Source of the DNA: an uncultured Clostridia bacterium
GTDB lineage: Bacteria > Bacillota > Clostridia > TANB77 > CAG-508
Assembly (NCBI GenBank): GCA_934154445.1
Contig: CAKPGC010000001.1
Location: forward strand, 93,414-157,413
Reading direction: 5' to 3'
Length of the DNA stretch: 64,000 nt
A model generated the notes under the pieces. It did no database searches and had not been told where the DNA came from. It saw only the letters and a list, made by a program, of their open reading frames with translations. This document shows, one piece after another, positions 40,117 through 51,152 of this stretch (positions are counted from its first letter, which is position 1; every line of letters begins with the position of its first letter). Both the position numbers and the translations under genes were made by a program.

Positions 40117-40340
40117 ACAAGTTTTTGCGATGAACATCAAAAAACGTCCACTGCAATATGCAGGGACGAAATAATTTCCGCGGTACCACCCAGCTTGAAA
40201 ACACTTTTAAAAGCATTTTCCACTTTATAAAATTGCTCCAATATGTTTCACATATTAGGTTGACCTCAAAGGGTTTTCAGCCAATGACCCTTATTCTCTA
40301 AAAGTAACTTCTAATTGCTTTGTATTGTACGAACGCAAAT
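40113..40340 (-). promoter_or_regulatory. T-box riboswitch leader of the aspS-gatCAB operon
   Basis: Minus strand has the T-box consensus AGCTGGGTGGTACCGCGG, then terminator hairpin GTCCCTGCATATTGCAGTGGAC + U-tract. Confidence 0.8.
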
Positions 40341-40520
40341 ATATTTATTATTATGTTACTAATTTTAGCACCTTATTCATTGATTTGTCAAGAAATATTC
40401 AGAATTTTTTTATAATTTTCATTAAATATAATTATTTAATATACATTATATAATTTTCATATAAAAAAAGAGACTATTATTTAGCCTCTTTATATGAATT
40501 CATATATTTATATTCACAAA

Positions 40521-40799
40521 TTATTTATTATTTACTAAATCTTTTAATGCTTTACCAGCTTTGAATACTGGAGCTTTTGATGCAGGTATTTTGATTTCTT
40601 CTTTAGTTTGTGGGTTTCTACCTTTTCTAGCAGCTCTTTTTCTAACTTCGAAAGAACCAAATCCAACTAATTGAACTTTATCTCCTTCTTTTAATGCATT
40701 TGTAACTGTTTCTACAAAAGCGTTTACTGATGCTTCAGCTGCTTTTTTTGTGTCACCTGTTTTTGCAGCTATTGCTGCGATTAATTCAGCTTTGTTCAT
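40521..40799 (-). CDS. hup: DNA-binding protein HU
   Basis: 92 aa, [11 protein letters not shown]...[20 protein letters not shown]. Confidence 0.95.
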   Translation of the reverse strand: MNKAELIAAIAAKTGDTKKAAEASVNAFVETVTNALKEGDKVQLVGFGSFEVRKRAARKGRNPQTKEEIKIPASKAPVFKAGKALKDLVNNK

Positions 40800-40915
40800 T
40801 TAAATTACCTCCTATAAGATTTAAAAATTTATGTACTTTTATCGCCTGAACTAAGCAATAACTGTACGTTCTAATATGACTATTCGCCAACTTTCGATAA
40901 AATCCTTCTTTTTTT

Positions 40916-42571
40916 CTAATAAATTTTTACTTTTTCTAAAATTTTAACTATTTTATCACCCGCTGGCATCATTTTAAACTCTTCTTTTGTAAATATTTTT
41001 AAAATAATAACTGCCATCACATATATTATTACTGCAACAATTATTGCTATTATTGTAGCCAATCTTTCAATTATTATCCCTTTTAATACTAAATATATAA
41101 AATATGAACAAATTCCCATAATTACAGTTGCAACAATTGGTTTGATAACAAATTTTGAAAATGTTAAATTCAATTTAATATTTTTTCGTAAGGCTGTAAT
41201 AGCAATACAAAATGCAACAAAATGACAAGCCACTGATCCCCAAGCCGCTCCATAAACACCAATGCTTGGAATTTTAATTAAAGTAATATTAAAAATAAAT
41301 TTAACAAATACACCAGTTGCCAATGATATCGTAGGAATCATTAATTTTCCATATCCCTGCAAAGCTCCATTTATAGTCTGATCCAAAATCGTAAAAATTA
41401 TTGTCAAAGAACTTATTTGTAATATCAATGCTCCATCGTTTGCATTTGGGAACAACAAATTCAATATTGGCTGTGCAAAAATAAACATACCAATTGTACA
41501 AGGTAAACCAATTAACATTGATACCAATAATGAAAATGAAGTTTTTTCTGTTATTGTTTTTGGGTCATTTTTAGCTTTTGCAGATGATATAGCAGGAACT
41601 AATGCTGTAGCAAATGCAACATTTATAGCTAATGGTAAACTTGTTAATGTGTCAACTTTTCCTCCTAAAATTCCATATAATGATGTTGCTTGATCTTCTG
41701 TCATAAATTTCTTTAAATTTCTTACTACTGTAAATGAATCAACATTTTTATTTATTGATGACATTATTGCAGTTAGAGTAATTGGTATTGAAACAAATAA
41801 AATCTTTTTAATTATTTCTGATACTCTTTCATATTTATAATTTACAGTATTTTTAATCTCTGTGCTTATTTCTTTTCTTTCTGTTCTATAATATAAAAAT
41901 AAATAACTAAAACCTAAAAATGTTGCAAGTGTAGTAGCCAAATTTGCTCCTGCAGCCATCCATTCAGTTGATACATTTGATAATATTGCCACTATTTCTA
42001 CTACTATAATTGTAAGTAATGTTTTAAAAACTTGTTCTAAAGTTTGAGATTTAGCACCAACACTAATTTTTTGTCTTCCATTAAAATATCCTCTCATAAC
42101 TGATGCAACTGTAACAAAGAAAATCGCTGGTGACAACGCCACTAAGGTCATTTCAGCTTCTGGTATTTGAAGCCATTCATTTGCAATTATATATGCACCG
42201 AAAAAAAGTAGTAAACTTCCTACTAGTCCTATTATTGCAAATGTTGCAAATGCTATTTTAAAAATTCTATGTGCACCCTTATTATCTCCTACAGCCACTC
42301 TTTCTGATACAAGTTTTGAAATTGCACTTGGCACTCCTATTGAAGATATTGTAAGCAATAGTGCATAAATTTGATATCCACTCGCACATATTCCATTACC
42401 TTTATCCCCAAATCCATCTCTATTCGTCAAATATAAAGTATATACTAATCCTAATAGTTTTATTAGAACCTGTGAAAACATTAATGTAATAACACCTTGC
42501 ATAAATCCTTCTTTTCTTGGTTCATTATGAGTCTTACGTTTTCCATGTTCTTTATTACCAATTTTTATCAT
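40916..42571 (-). CDS. spoVB: MOP-superfamily polysaccharide/lipid II flippase, stage V sporulation protein B-like
   Basis: Multi-TM MOP/MATE-like protein. Start re-placed at MIKIGNK (GGAGG RBS) rather than the track's upstream alternative; an in-frame ATG at 42502 is also plausible. Confidence 0.6.
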   Translation of the reverse strand: MIKIGNKEHGKRKTHNEPRKEGFMQGVITLMFSQVLIKLLGLVYTLYLTNRDGFGDKGNGICASGYQIYALLLTISSIGVPSAISKLVSERVAVGDNKGAHRIFKIAFATFAIIGLVGSLLLFFGAYIIANEWLQIPEAEMTLVALSPAIFFVTVASVMRGYFNGRQKISVGAKSQTLEQVFKTLLTIIVVEIVAILSNVSTEWMAAGANLATTLATFLGFSYLFLYYRTERKEISTEIKNTVNYKYERVSEIIKKILFVSIPITLTAIMSSINKNVDSFTVVRNLKKFMTEDQATSLYGILGGKVDTLTSLPLAINVAFATALVPAISSAKAKNDPKTITEKTSFSLLVSMLIGLPCTIGMFIFAQPILNLLFPNANDGALILQISSLTIIFTILDQTINGALQGYGKLMIPTISLATGVFVKFIFNITLIKIPSIGVYGAAWGSVACHFVAFCIAITALRKNIKLNLTFSKFVIKPIVATVIMGICSYFIYLVLKGIIIERLATIIAIIVAVIIYVMAVIILKIFTKEEFKMMPAGDKIVKILEKVKIY

Positions 42572-42883
42572 CTTTCCTCCTATGTCAATACTTGTCAAAA
42601 GGTTCGTACCTATTGACATTTTTCCTTATTCATTACTATTTCGCTACTTTGTTTATTATGCTAATAAATGCATTGCTTTTTAATCATTATAATTTTTATT
42701 TAATTTTTAATCAATACTTTTTACAAATTTTTCAAAAATCATTGACAAATATACTTTTTTGTAATAAAATATTTAAGCATTATGTTAAAATATGATTTAA
42801 ATATAAAACTTCTCCCCGGTAGTTTTAGTTTAAATTTCATATAAATAAAAAATATAATATAAAATAGGAGGGTAATTATTACC

Positions 42884-43321
42884 ATGAATAATACAACATA
42901 TAGCCCAAAAAAGGCTGAAATAGAAAGCAAATGGTACATAATTGATGCAGCAAACAAACCATTAGGTAGAGTTGCAACAGAAGCTGCAAAATTATTAAGA
43001 GGAAAACACAAACCAACATTTACACCTAATATTGATACAGGTGACCACGTTATAATCTTAAACGTTAAAGATGTAATATTAACAGGAAGTAAACTAGATC
43101 AAAAAATGTATAGACATCACTCAGGATACATTGGTGGAATGAAAGAAACTCCAGCAAGAGTAATGTTAGAAAAAAATCCAGAAAAAGCTATGACATTAGC
43201 TGTTAAAGGAATGTTACCACACAATTCTTTAGGAAGAACTCAATTAAAGAAATTAAGAGTTTATGCAGGATCAGAACACGAAAACCAAGCACAAAAACCA
43301 GAAATATGGGAGGTAAAATAA
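42884..43321 (+). CDS. rplM: 50S ribosomal protein L13
   Basis: Canonical sequence, GGAGGG RBS. Confidence 0.95.
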   Translation: MNNTTYSPKKAEIESKWYIIDAANKPLGRVATEAAKLLRGKHKPTFTPNIDTGDHVIILNVKDVILTGSKLDQKMYRHHSGYIGGMKETPARVMLEKNPEKAMTLAVKGMLPHNSLGRTQLKKLRVYAGSEHENQAQKPEIWEVK

Positions 43322-43322
43322 G

Positions 43323-43724
43323 ATGGCTAAATCAGAAAAAATTGCTTACTGTGGTACAGGAAGAAGAAAATCTTCAATTGCTAGAGTAAGATTAGTAGAA
43401 GGATCTGGAAAAATAACTATCAATGGAAAAGATATTGATAAATTTTTCGGATTAGAAACTTTAAAAGTTATAGTAAGACAACCACTTGCAGTTACAAACA
43501 CAACTGATAAATATGATGTTATTTGTTCAGTTCAAGGTGGAGGATTTACAGGTCAAGCTGGAGCAATCAGACATGGTATTGCTAGAGCATTAAATGAAGC
43601 AAATAGTGAATTTAGACCAGCTTTAAAAACAAATGGATTCTTAACAAGAGATCCACGTATGAAAGAAAGAAAAAAATACGGTCTTAAAAAAGCTAGAAAA
43701 GCTCCTCAATTTTCAAAGAGATAA
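43323..43724 (+). CDS. rpsI: 30S ribosomal protein S9
   Basis: Canonical sequence ending ...[11 protein letters not shown]. Confidence 0.95.
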   Translation: MAKSEKIAYCGTGRRKSSIARVRLVEGSGKITINGKDIDKFFGLETLKVIVRQPLAVTNTTDKYDVICSVQGGGFTGQAGAIRHGIARALNEANSEFRPALKTNGFLTRDPRMKERKKYGLKKARKAPQFSKR

Positions 43725-43746
43725 TATGCTTTTATGCAAAATATCA

Positions 43747-43786
43747 AACCTCGGAAATATTAAAACTTCCGAGGTTTTTTATTGCT
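43747..43786 (+). terminator. rplM-rpsI terminator
   Basis: AAACCTCGGAAatattaaaaCTTCCGAGGTTTTTTATT. Confidence 0.75.
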
Positions 43787-43888
43787 GTTTGGTAATCTTT
43801 ACTATAAAATATCAGCAAGCATTGATATTTCAATACTTCTATTTTTTTATACAACAAATTGCTATTTAATCGAATTGTAATTTGTTAC

Positions 43889-44497
43889 TTACTTGTAATT
43901 TACTATTTCATTTATTTGTTCTATTGTTATTGGCCCTTCTCTTAAAATTTTTATTTCATCAGTACTACAATCTATAATAGTACTTCCTTTTGAAAAAATC
44001 ACATTTCCTTCCATCATTCCATCTAATTTTGGACACATTTTTTCTATTTCATCTAAACTAGTACAAGTAGGTTCTCCACTTTGATTGGCACTTGTCATAA
44101 ATATTGGACTTTCTAATTCTAGAATTAATTTTTTTATTGTTTCTGATGTTGCCATTCTAATTGCAATTGTATCTTTTCCATTTGTTACATATTCCGGTAA
44201 ATCCCTGTTTTTCTTTAATACTAATGTAATTGGTCCAGGCATAAATGATTTAATTAATTTTTTTGCTACATCATTTACAATAGCTATACTTTTTATCTGT
44301 TCATCGTTTGCACACATTACAGGAAAAGCCTTTTTTATTGGACGATTTTTTACAGTTATTAATTTATCATGTGCTGTCTCTGAATTTATTCTAGCACATA
44401 TACCAAAAACAGTATCAGTTGGCACACTAATTACACCATCATTTTTTAATATTTTAACTAGCTTTTCAATTTCATTCTTTTTATATCTTTTTATCAT
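43889..44497 (-). CDS. tsaC: L-threonylcarbamoyladenylate synthase (YrdC/YwlC/TsaC family)
   Basis: 202 aa YrdC-domain protein (PTDTVFGICARINSE...). Confidence 0.8.
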   Translation of the reverse strand: MIKRYKKNEIEKLVKILKNDGVISVPTDTVFGICARINSETAHDKLITVKNRPIKKAFPVMCANDEQIKSIAIVNDVAKKLIKSFMPGPITLVLKKNRDLPEYVTNGKDTIAIRMATSETIKKLILELESPIFMTSANQSGEPTCTSLDEIEKMCPKLDGMMEGNVIFSKGSTIIDCSTDEIKILREGPITIEQINEIVNYK

Positions 44498-44611
44498 CTT
44501 ATTTCCTCTTCTCCATAGTATATTATAATCTATAACATGAAATAATGCAATAAAGCAAGTGCTGGTCTAATATGGGAAAGTTTTGGTAAGCAACTTATTG
44601 AACAGTTTTTA

Positions 44612-45253
44612 GTGAAATATTTTAATTCTATAACCTGCAACGTTGATTCAATTTATGAACTTTTTGATGATTTATTCATTTCACCTGTTGACTGTGAAGA
44701 TAATGGAGTTTTTACTGAAAAGCACTGTTTTAGTTTTATTTTCTCTTTTTTGCCTTTATGGTTTAACTCTAATATTGACAATTTTAATAATCAATTTTTC
44801 AAAGCATTATTAACAACAATAGAAATATTAGAAGAAGAATTAAAAACAACAATTGGTAAGTTAATAGCCAAAGAAACAATAATAAATAATTGGAATAATT
44901 GCAATTATTTTAAAAATGGTATTTTGGAAATTCCATCTCAAACACTAGATTGGATGGAAACTGTTGTTAATATTAATGCAACAATAGTAAAAAACAATCC
45001 TATTAACTTTGTAATTTTTCCATATCCAAATGGTGGTTGGGCTGCACAATGCGTTCCTCCATCTTTAGAAAAGAAATTCAATCAGAGAATTGCTTTTCCA
45101 AAAGAATGGGCAGGACAGACTGATAAGCTCCCCAAAATATCTGGTGTAGTAGATTCAACTTTTTGTCATAATGGTTGTTTTTTCGCCAGAGCCAATAGCA
45201 AAGAGGAAATTATAAAAATGTGTGTCATTGCAACAGCAACTTCTATTAATTAA
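44612..45253 (+). CDS. hypothetical protein (possible truncated DHHA1-like C-terminal fragment)
   Basis: 213 aa with no good RBS; FPYPNGGWAAQCVPPS is weakly DHHA1-like; first gene past the core tsaC. Confidence 0.3.
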   Translation: MKYFNSITCNVDSIYELFDDLFISPVDCEDNGVFTEKHCFSFIFSFLPLWFNSNIDNFNNQFFKALLTTIEILEEELKTTIGKLIAKETIINNWNNCNYFKNGILEIPSQTLDWMETVVNINATIVKNNPINFVIFPYPNGGWAAQCVPPSLEKKFNQRIAFPKEWAGQTDKLPKISGVVDSTFCHNGCFFARANSKEEIIKMCVIATATSIN

Positions 45254-45483
45254 TCCCTAACAGAGAAATCTTAGTTGATTTCTCTATCCTTTTATATTAT
45301 TAAAATTAAACCTCCTCGATAAATTACTATCTTATTTTGTTTATCTTATCACAAAAGCAGATAATTTTCAATTATCTGCTTTATATCTTGTAATTTGTTG
45401 CTGAGATTATCTCTCAAATTTTACTACAAATTTTTTTGAAAATAACCACTAAAAATATAGTGCTTATTTTAATTTTTTCATAT

Positions 45484-46332
45484 TTATCTACATTCATCAA
45501 TAAAGTCTGTTAATTCTAGTTGTTCATATTTTTTATCTTTATCATCAACTTTGTTTTTTTCTTTATAGAAATTACAACAGTCTGTAATAAAACAGTTTTC
45601 ACACTTGCATTTAGATTTGCATATATGTTTGCCTTGTAATAAAATCATTGTATGTGCAATCTGATATGTCAAATAATCTCGTGGTAAACTATTTTCTAAT
45701 CTATCTTTGACAGCCTTTATTTGCTCTTTATTCGTGAAATCTGGATTTTCTGCCCATTTTTCTCTAAAAATCCTTGATGCTACCCTAAAAACATTTATAT
45801 CGACAACCATACTTGGCATATCAAAGCCTAATTCTAACATACAGTCCGCACTTTTATCTCCAACACCAGGCATTTTTAATAATTCTTCTCTAGTTTTGCT
45901 TACAGATTCTTTTTTTGCATTCCAAACATTACCATTATAATATTTTTGTATATATTCAGAAAGCTTAATTATTGTTTGAGCTTTTTTTTGTGGCATACCC
46001 GCCACTTTTATAACTTCTATCATTTCATTTTCATCTGCATTTAATACTTCACTAATAGATTTATATTTGCCCATAAAGGCTCTAACTGCTTTTTTTTCAT
46101 TTTCTAAAGTTGTTCTTAACGACAAAATAATTGCAATTAAAGTATAATATGGATCCTTTCTTTTTTCTTCTATTGGATGAGATGGTCTAGGATATGTTTG
46201 ATTTTCCACAAAAGAATACTTTTCACATAATCTTAATATTATAGTTAATAACTTCTTTGCATCTTCACTTTTATTATACATCTCTATGTTCTCAATAATG
46301 GCATTTTTAGCTTGTTCATCATTTTCTATCAT
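45484..46332 (-). CDS. endonuclease III-like HhH-GPD DNA glycosylase with Cys cluster
   Basis: Aligns with Nth (LIAIILSLRTT, MPGVGDKSADCM, VVDINVFRVASRI, C-x-C-x-C cluster); N-terminal extension. Last gene of a three-gene overlapping operon. Confidence 0.65.
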   Translation of the reverse strand: MIENDEQAKNAIIENIEMYNKSEDAKKLLTIILRLCEKYSFVENQTYPRPSHPIEEKRKDPYYTLIAIILSLRTTLENEKKAVRAFMGKYKSISEVLNADENEMIEVIKVAGMPQKKAQTIIKLSEYIQKYYNGNVWNAKKESVSKTREELLKMPGVGDKSADCMLELGFDMPSMVVDINVFRVASRIFREKWAENPDFTNKEQIKAVKDRLENSLPRDYLTYQIAHTMILLQGKHICKSKCKCENCFITDCCNFYKEKNKVDDKDKKYEQLELTDFIDECR

Positions 46333-46898
46333 TTAAAAACCTCTTTTATTTTTTTTTCTGAATAATTCAAGTAATATTGATTGTTTTCATCCTTATCCAT
46401 TTGAGCAACAGTTTTATCAGAATCAATCGGTCTTAAAACATTACTTAAAGGATAGCTATTTTCTTCTATTTTTAAATTTCCATTATATTTTTGATATTTA
46501 AATGGAATTTCAGTTGTTACTGTCTTATATTCTCCTTTTTCATTCATAAAGCAATATGCTCTAACAATTTCAACTTGTTCTCCTTCAGATAAATATTTAT
46601 CATTAATTATATCTTCTATATAATCTTTAACATTTTCTCTAAGAATTCCTCTCATTTTAATTCCATCATCTATACCGATTATATATTTAAAATTATTATC
46701 TTTGATGCTTGAATATATTTGATTTGCTTTATTATAAGCTCTCACTTCAATATTTCCTTCTTCTTTATCATTTTTTTCTAAATTTTTAATATCATACAAG
46801 CTATAATATTCATAACTCACATTATTTATTTTATTCAATATTTTTGTTACAATTTCAAATTTATCTTTGTTCTTGGTCGCTATTAATATCTTTTTCAT
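46329..46898 (-). CDS. divergent HAM1/Maf-fold (ITPase-like) protein
   Basis: MKKILIATKNKDKFEIVTKIL and ...GIDDGIKM resemble RdgB IIIASGNKGKIREAQEIL / ADDSGIEI from this same window; overlaps both neighbours. Confidence 0.4.
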   Translation of the reverse strand: MKKILIATKNKDKFEIVTKILNKINNVSYEYYSLYDIKNLEKNDKEEGNIEVRAYNKANQIYSSIKDNNFKYIIGIDDGIKMRGILRENVKDYIEDIINDKYLSEGEQVEIVRAYCFMNEKGEYKTVTTEIPFKYQKYNGNLKIEENSYPLSNVLRPIDSDKTVAQMDKDENNQYYLNYSEKKIKEVFK

Positions 46899-48732
46899 TT
46901 ACTTCTCCTTCTAATACCAGATTATAATTTTTTGGGTCCATAGTATAAATTCTCCCTTTTGATATTTCTTCTTGTTTTCTTTTATCCATATTTAGAATAA
47001 TTTCATTCAATGGTAATACATTAAATTGATTCTCAACATACTCTAAATTATTCTTTTCTATTTCTCTTCTTGTCATATATTCTGTTGTATTTCCTTGTTT
47101 TCCATATGTAAATTTAGCAGGTCTTAGAGCAAAAGGAATAAAATTACATCCCAAGAATGATGATGCTTTAAATCCTAAATTAGGATTAATTGTAGTTGTT
47201 ATTGCTTGTAAGTTCTTATTTACTTTACTTTGCTCTTTTAGTTTTTTCCACTCTTGTTCTACTTCATTTATTGAATATTGAAATAAAGAACTCATTATAT
47301 TTTGTGGGGCTGAATTTGAACACCAAGCTCTTGTCATTTCTAATGTATTTTGAGGTTCAATTCCTAAATAATATAATAACTGTTTCTTATATTCTCTATC
47401 TTGTTTAGAAAATGATACCCATGCTATCGGCAATGCTTGTCCTCCAACAAATGCACCATATGATACAAATTCGTCGTCTCGCGGTGTATGTAAATAGTGA
47501 CAGTTTCTAGCTATAAATTGACTAATTTCTTTATCAACTTTTTTATAAATAATATTTTTTAATAATATATTTCCTTTATTTTCAGAGTTATTCAATGTTG
47601 CCATAATCTGCTTTGTAGAATTATTATTATATAAATTACTTAATCTATCAATTTGATTTCGTATTTCTATATTGACTAATTCATAATTCAAGCTCACTCT
47701 TTTATCTGTTAAATACTTCATAAATATATCTAATTTATCTGCTCTATTATTTATTCCACTGTTTATTTCTCTAAGTAATGCTATATCACCTTTAAATAAT
47801 TCTTCTATCTTATATGAACACATCTTTATTAAAACTTGATATTCTAAATCTGTTTTACTTATATATTCTTTTCCTTTTAAAAATTTATCTAAATTTCTAT
47901 CTAAATATGCTTTTATAACTTCTAAAAACGGATTAAAAATCCATTCAAAATTCTGTCTATCTATTGAATTTACATCTTGTAATTGTTTAAAATTTTGTTT
48001 TTCTTTTTCAATTCGTTCTAGCTCTTTAGTTACTACACTTGCTACTTCATCTTCTGAAAGTTCAGTTGTATCTATATAAATTTCATTGTAGACTGAATCT
48101 ATCAAACCTCTAGTTTTATCAATACCATCCCTATTATTTCTTTCTAATACTTCCTTATATGCATCTAATATACTTTCATAAGATTCAGGATTTCTACTAT
48201 ATAATCTTTCAGCTGCTTTTTCATTATTTATATCTAAAAAAATTGTTGTAAATTGTGCTGTATTCATTTCATTAATATTGTGACCTGTTAAAGCATAACA
48301 TCCTTCTCTTTTTACAATATCATTGTTTATAAACTGTAATATTCTCTTTCTTATCAAATCAGATTTAGCAATTATAGCTACAATGCTATTGACTTCTTTG
48401 CTGTACAAACTATCTTCTCTCAGTATTTGCCCGTCTACATTTAGTCTTCCATCTAATATTTCTAATTCCTTTAAAGATTTTTCAATAGTTCGATTCCATT
48501 TGAAAACTTCTTGCAATATTCTCTTTTCTTCTCTAATATCATTTTTATATAAGCTTTCAAGATTAGGATTTATATTTGTTTTTTGAAATATACAAATTGC
48601 TATATATCTATACAATTGTCCCGTATCTAAAACATTAATATTGTACTTTTTCTTTAGATTGTCCAACAATGAATTTTTTCCAGAAGCAACTGGTCCAATG
48701 ATAAATAAATTTTGGTTCATATTTTCCTCCAA
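46861..48732 (-). CDS. large protein with N-terminal (d)CMP-kinase-like P-loop domain and unknown C-terminal 400 aa
   Basis: IIGPVASGKNS...LDTGQLYRY mirrors the Cmk P-loop and LDTGAxYR motifs; the rest is novel. Confidence 0.5.
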   Translation of the reverse strand: MEENMNQNLFIIGPVASGKNSLLDNLKKKYNINVLDTGQLYRYIAICIFQKTNINPNLESLYKNDIREEKRILQEVFKWNRTIEKSLKELEILDGRLNVDGQILREDSLYSKEVNSIVAIIAKSDLIRKRILQFINNDIVKREGCYALTGHNINEMNTAQFTTIFLDINNEKAAERLYSRNPESYESILDAYKEVLERNNRDGIDKTRGLIDSVYNEIYIDTTELSEDEVASVVTKELERIEKEKQNFKQLQDVNSIDRQNFEWIFNPFLEVIKAYLDRNLDKFLKGKEYISKTDLEYQVLIKMCSYKIEELFKGDIALLREINSGINNRADKLDIFMKYLTDKRVSLNYELVNIEIRNQIDRLSNLYNNNSTKQIMATLNNSENKGNILLKNIIYKKVDKEISQFIARNCHYLHTPRDDEFVSYGAFVGGQALPIAWVSFSKQDREYKKQLLYYLGIEPQNTLEMTRAWCSNSAPQNIMSSLFQYSINEVEQEWKKLKEQSKVNKNLQAITTTINPNLGFKASSFLGCNFIPFALRPAKFTYGKQGNTTEYMTRREIEKNNLEYVENQFNVLPLNEIILNMDKRKQEEISKGRIYTMDPKNYNLVLEGEVNEKDINSDQEQR

Positions 48733-48800
48733 CTAATTATTATAATAGATTATTTTCTTTAATTGAATTATTTATTGTGTTATGGCTATAATGTAGATAT

Positions 48801-50040
48801 GGAAATAAATTCCATATCTACATTATAATACAAAAACATACTAAATTCAATATGTTTACTGAAAATTTAAGCTACACTAAAAAAACTTTATGTAATGTAT
48901 TTTCTATGTGAATTTTTTACATTATTTTGATTAACCATAGCATACTCCATAGTAGTATCTATTTTTATATGTCCTAATAATTTTTGAACTTGTTCTATTG
49001 GCATACCTTTATCAATAGCCATTGTTGCCATTGTTCTTCTAAATTTATGTGGATGAACTTTATTTATATTCGCTTCTTTCCCTAAATTTCTAATTAAAAT
49101 TTTAATCCCTGATATTCCTAATCTGTTATAAGGTTTTATAAGTGATACAAATAATGCTTCATTATCATCAGTTCTTGTTTCAAGATATTTCTTTATATAC
49201 ATTTTACTCTTTGCACTAAAATAAACTTCTCTTTCACTATTACCTTTTCCTAAAACAATACAACTTCTTTCTTGAAAATCCATATCTGATATATTTAATC
49301 TTGTAATTTCTCCAACTCTCATACCAGTTGAAATTAATAGTTCTAATATTGCTAAATCCCTTACATTTGAACAAGTATCTCTTAACTTTTCCAAATTTTC
49401 ATCTGTTAATGTTTCTTTTACTCTTCTAGTAGTCTTTACTTTATGAATTCTTCTTACTGGACTTTTTACAATATAGTCCTCATTTTCCAACCAAGCAAAG
49501 AAACTTGATAAAGTTCTTCTTATATTATCTATCGTTACCATACCTGCATTTGAATTATTTTTATAATCTGCTAAATAGTTTCTTAATGTTTCAGTATTAA
49601 TTTCATTTATTGGCAGGTTTACAGCATCAAACATTTTATTTATAGTATCTCTGTAATAATTTAAAGTTCTTTTTGAACACCCTTCGATTTCTTTAGATGA
49701 TATAAACCTATTTAGAATGTCTTCATTATTCCTCTGTATTTCTTCTTTTTGACTTTGTTCTAATTTCTCAATTTTATAATATAAACATATTTCTGTAAGT
49801 GTTTCTTTTAATTTTATTCTTTGGTTATTGTCTAAAAAATCTTCTGTTGCATTAATTACTTTTTCCACAAATAATTCTCTCATGACAATTACCTCCTTAC
49901 ATTTTTTTGATAGTTTGCAGTATATAGAACTCTATCTATATTATACAATATTTAATTGACATAATAAAAGATGAGCATATTTTATATACCCATCCAAATA
50001 TTTATATTTTTTTCAAATTTCAAAATTCAATCTCAGCGAC
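48801..50040. repeat. integrase module, copy 1 (about 1.24 kb: downstream hairpin, integrase gene, about 150 bp upstream region); repeated at 53321..54372
   Basis: Near-identical flanks (GGAAATAAATTCCATATCTACATTATAAT... and ...CAATCTCAGCGACAAATTAC) bound both integrase genes. Confidence 0.7.
48888..49883 (-). CDS. tyrosine-type site-specific recombinase/integrase (XerC/D-phage integrase family), intact copy
   Basis: 331 aa; box I ...STGMRVGE..., box II HPHKFRRT...LLGH...T..Y. Confidence 0.85.
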   Translation of the reverse strand: MRELFVEKVINATEDFLDNNQRIKLKETLTEICLYYKIEKLEQSQKEEIQRNNEDILNRFISSKEIEGCSKRTLNYYRDTINKMFDAVNLPINEINTETLRNYLADYKNNSNAGMVTIDNIRRTLSSFFAWLENEDYIVKSPVRRIHKVKTTRRVKETLTDENLEKLRDTCSNVRDLAILELLISTGMRVGEITRLNISDMDFQERSCIVLGKGNSEREVYFSAKSKMYIKKYLETRTDDNEALFVSLIKPYNRLGISGIKILIRNLGKEANINKVHPHKFRRTMATMAIDKGMPIEQVQKLLGHIKIDTTMEYAMVNQNNVKNSHRKYIT

Positions 50041-50327
50041 AAATTACTATTCATTTATTATAAGTTTATTTTTTTGACTCTTTATCTTTAAATAGATATA
50101 ATAAATATAGAAAATAACAAATCCACAAAAGTGGTTTTGCCGAATCAAGTTTGAAAAAACTCACACCTAACTCGCCAAAGTTACAGATGTAAGTTTTTTT
50201 TATTTATGTAGTTGCTTATCACTCCAGTTTTGTATAAGAACTGCTGTCAACGCAACGTTTAATGTTAAAGAAAACATTAAGGATGATATTAAAAATAGTA
50301 TCACTTTAATCATAAACAATTGTCACA

Positions 50328-51107
50328 CTAATCTCCAATTACTTCTATTGATTTTATTCTTAATTCATCCAAAGGTATATTTGAATTTTCATATTGTACT
50401 TTTACAATTTTTTCTCTCTGTAAATTTCCTATTATTTCAGTATTCTCTGTTATATATGCTTTTAACGCAAATGGAAAATTATAACCAGTATCAGAATTAG
50501 TATCATCCTCTAAACTATATTTTAAATAAACATATCCTGATTCTACATACTCATCGCCAATAGTTACAATTGAAGAATATGTCCTTTTTCCTGTTAATGC
50601 ATCTCTTTTCATTTGATTATAGTCGTTTGATTTTAAAACAATAATCGAATTATCTTTAGTATCAAAAGTATTCTCTCCTATACCATAGCCTTTTTTACTT
50701 AAATCCCCACTACAAATCAATATGTCTCCTTCTTGTATATAGCTTGTATCATATTCCTTCAATGTAAAATAATCTAAACATTTTTGATTTTTATTATTAA
50801 TATTGGATCTAGTATATTCTTTCATCTCAAAACCAAATTCTCCAAAATGTTGTCCATTAAAAATATAAATATATCCATTATGATTTAGTTCCACTATCCC
50901 TTGAATAACTGTATCTTTAATTACTTCTGTAGTTTCATCTTTTTTAGACATATCATATATAATATTTCCTTCTTTATCATAAATAACAGAATACTTATTA
51001 GAATTTTCTGTTTTATCTGTTTTTTTATCTTTATTAAAAAATACTACACCACATAAAAATATTACTAATATAGTACAAATTACAAAAATAATAATTTTTT
51101 TCTTCAT
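50328..51107 (-). CDS. membrane-anchored hypothetical protein (island cargo)
   Basis: Track start is TTG; re-placed at ATG 51107 (GAAGG RBS); N-terminal TM. Confidence 0.45.
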   Translation of the reverse strand: MKKKIIIFVICTILVIFLCGVVFFNKDKKTDKTENSNKYSVIYDKEGNIIYDMSKKDETTEVIKDTVIQGIVELNHNGYIYIFNGQHFGEFGFEMKEYTRSNINNKNQKCLDYFTLKEYDTSYIQEGDILICSGDLSKKGYGIGENTFDTKDNSIIVLKSNDYNQMKRDALTGKRTYSSIVTIGDEYVESGYVYLKYSLEDDTNSDTGYNFPFALKAYITENTEIIGNLQREKIVKVQYENSNIPLDELRIKSIEVIGD

Positions 51108-51152
51108 ATACAAACCTTCTTTCGACAAATTACTAAATTGTAATTTGTTGCT

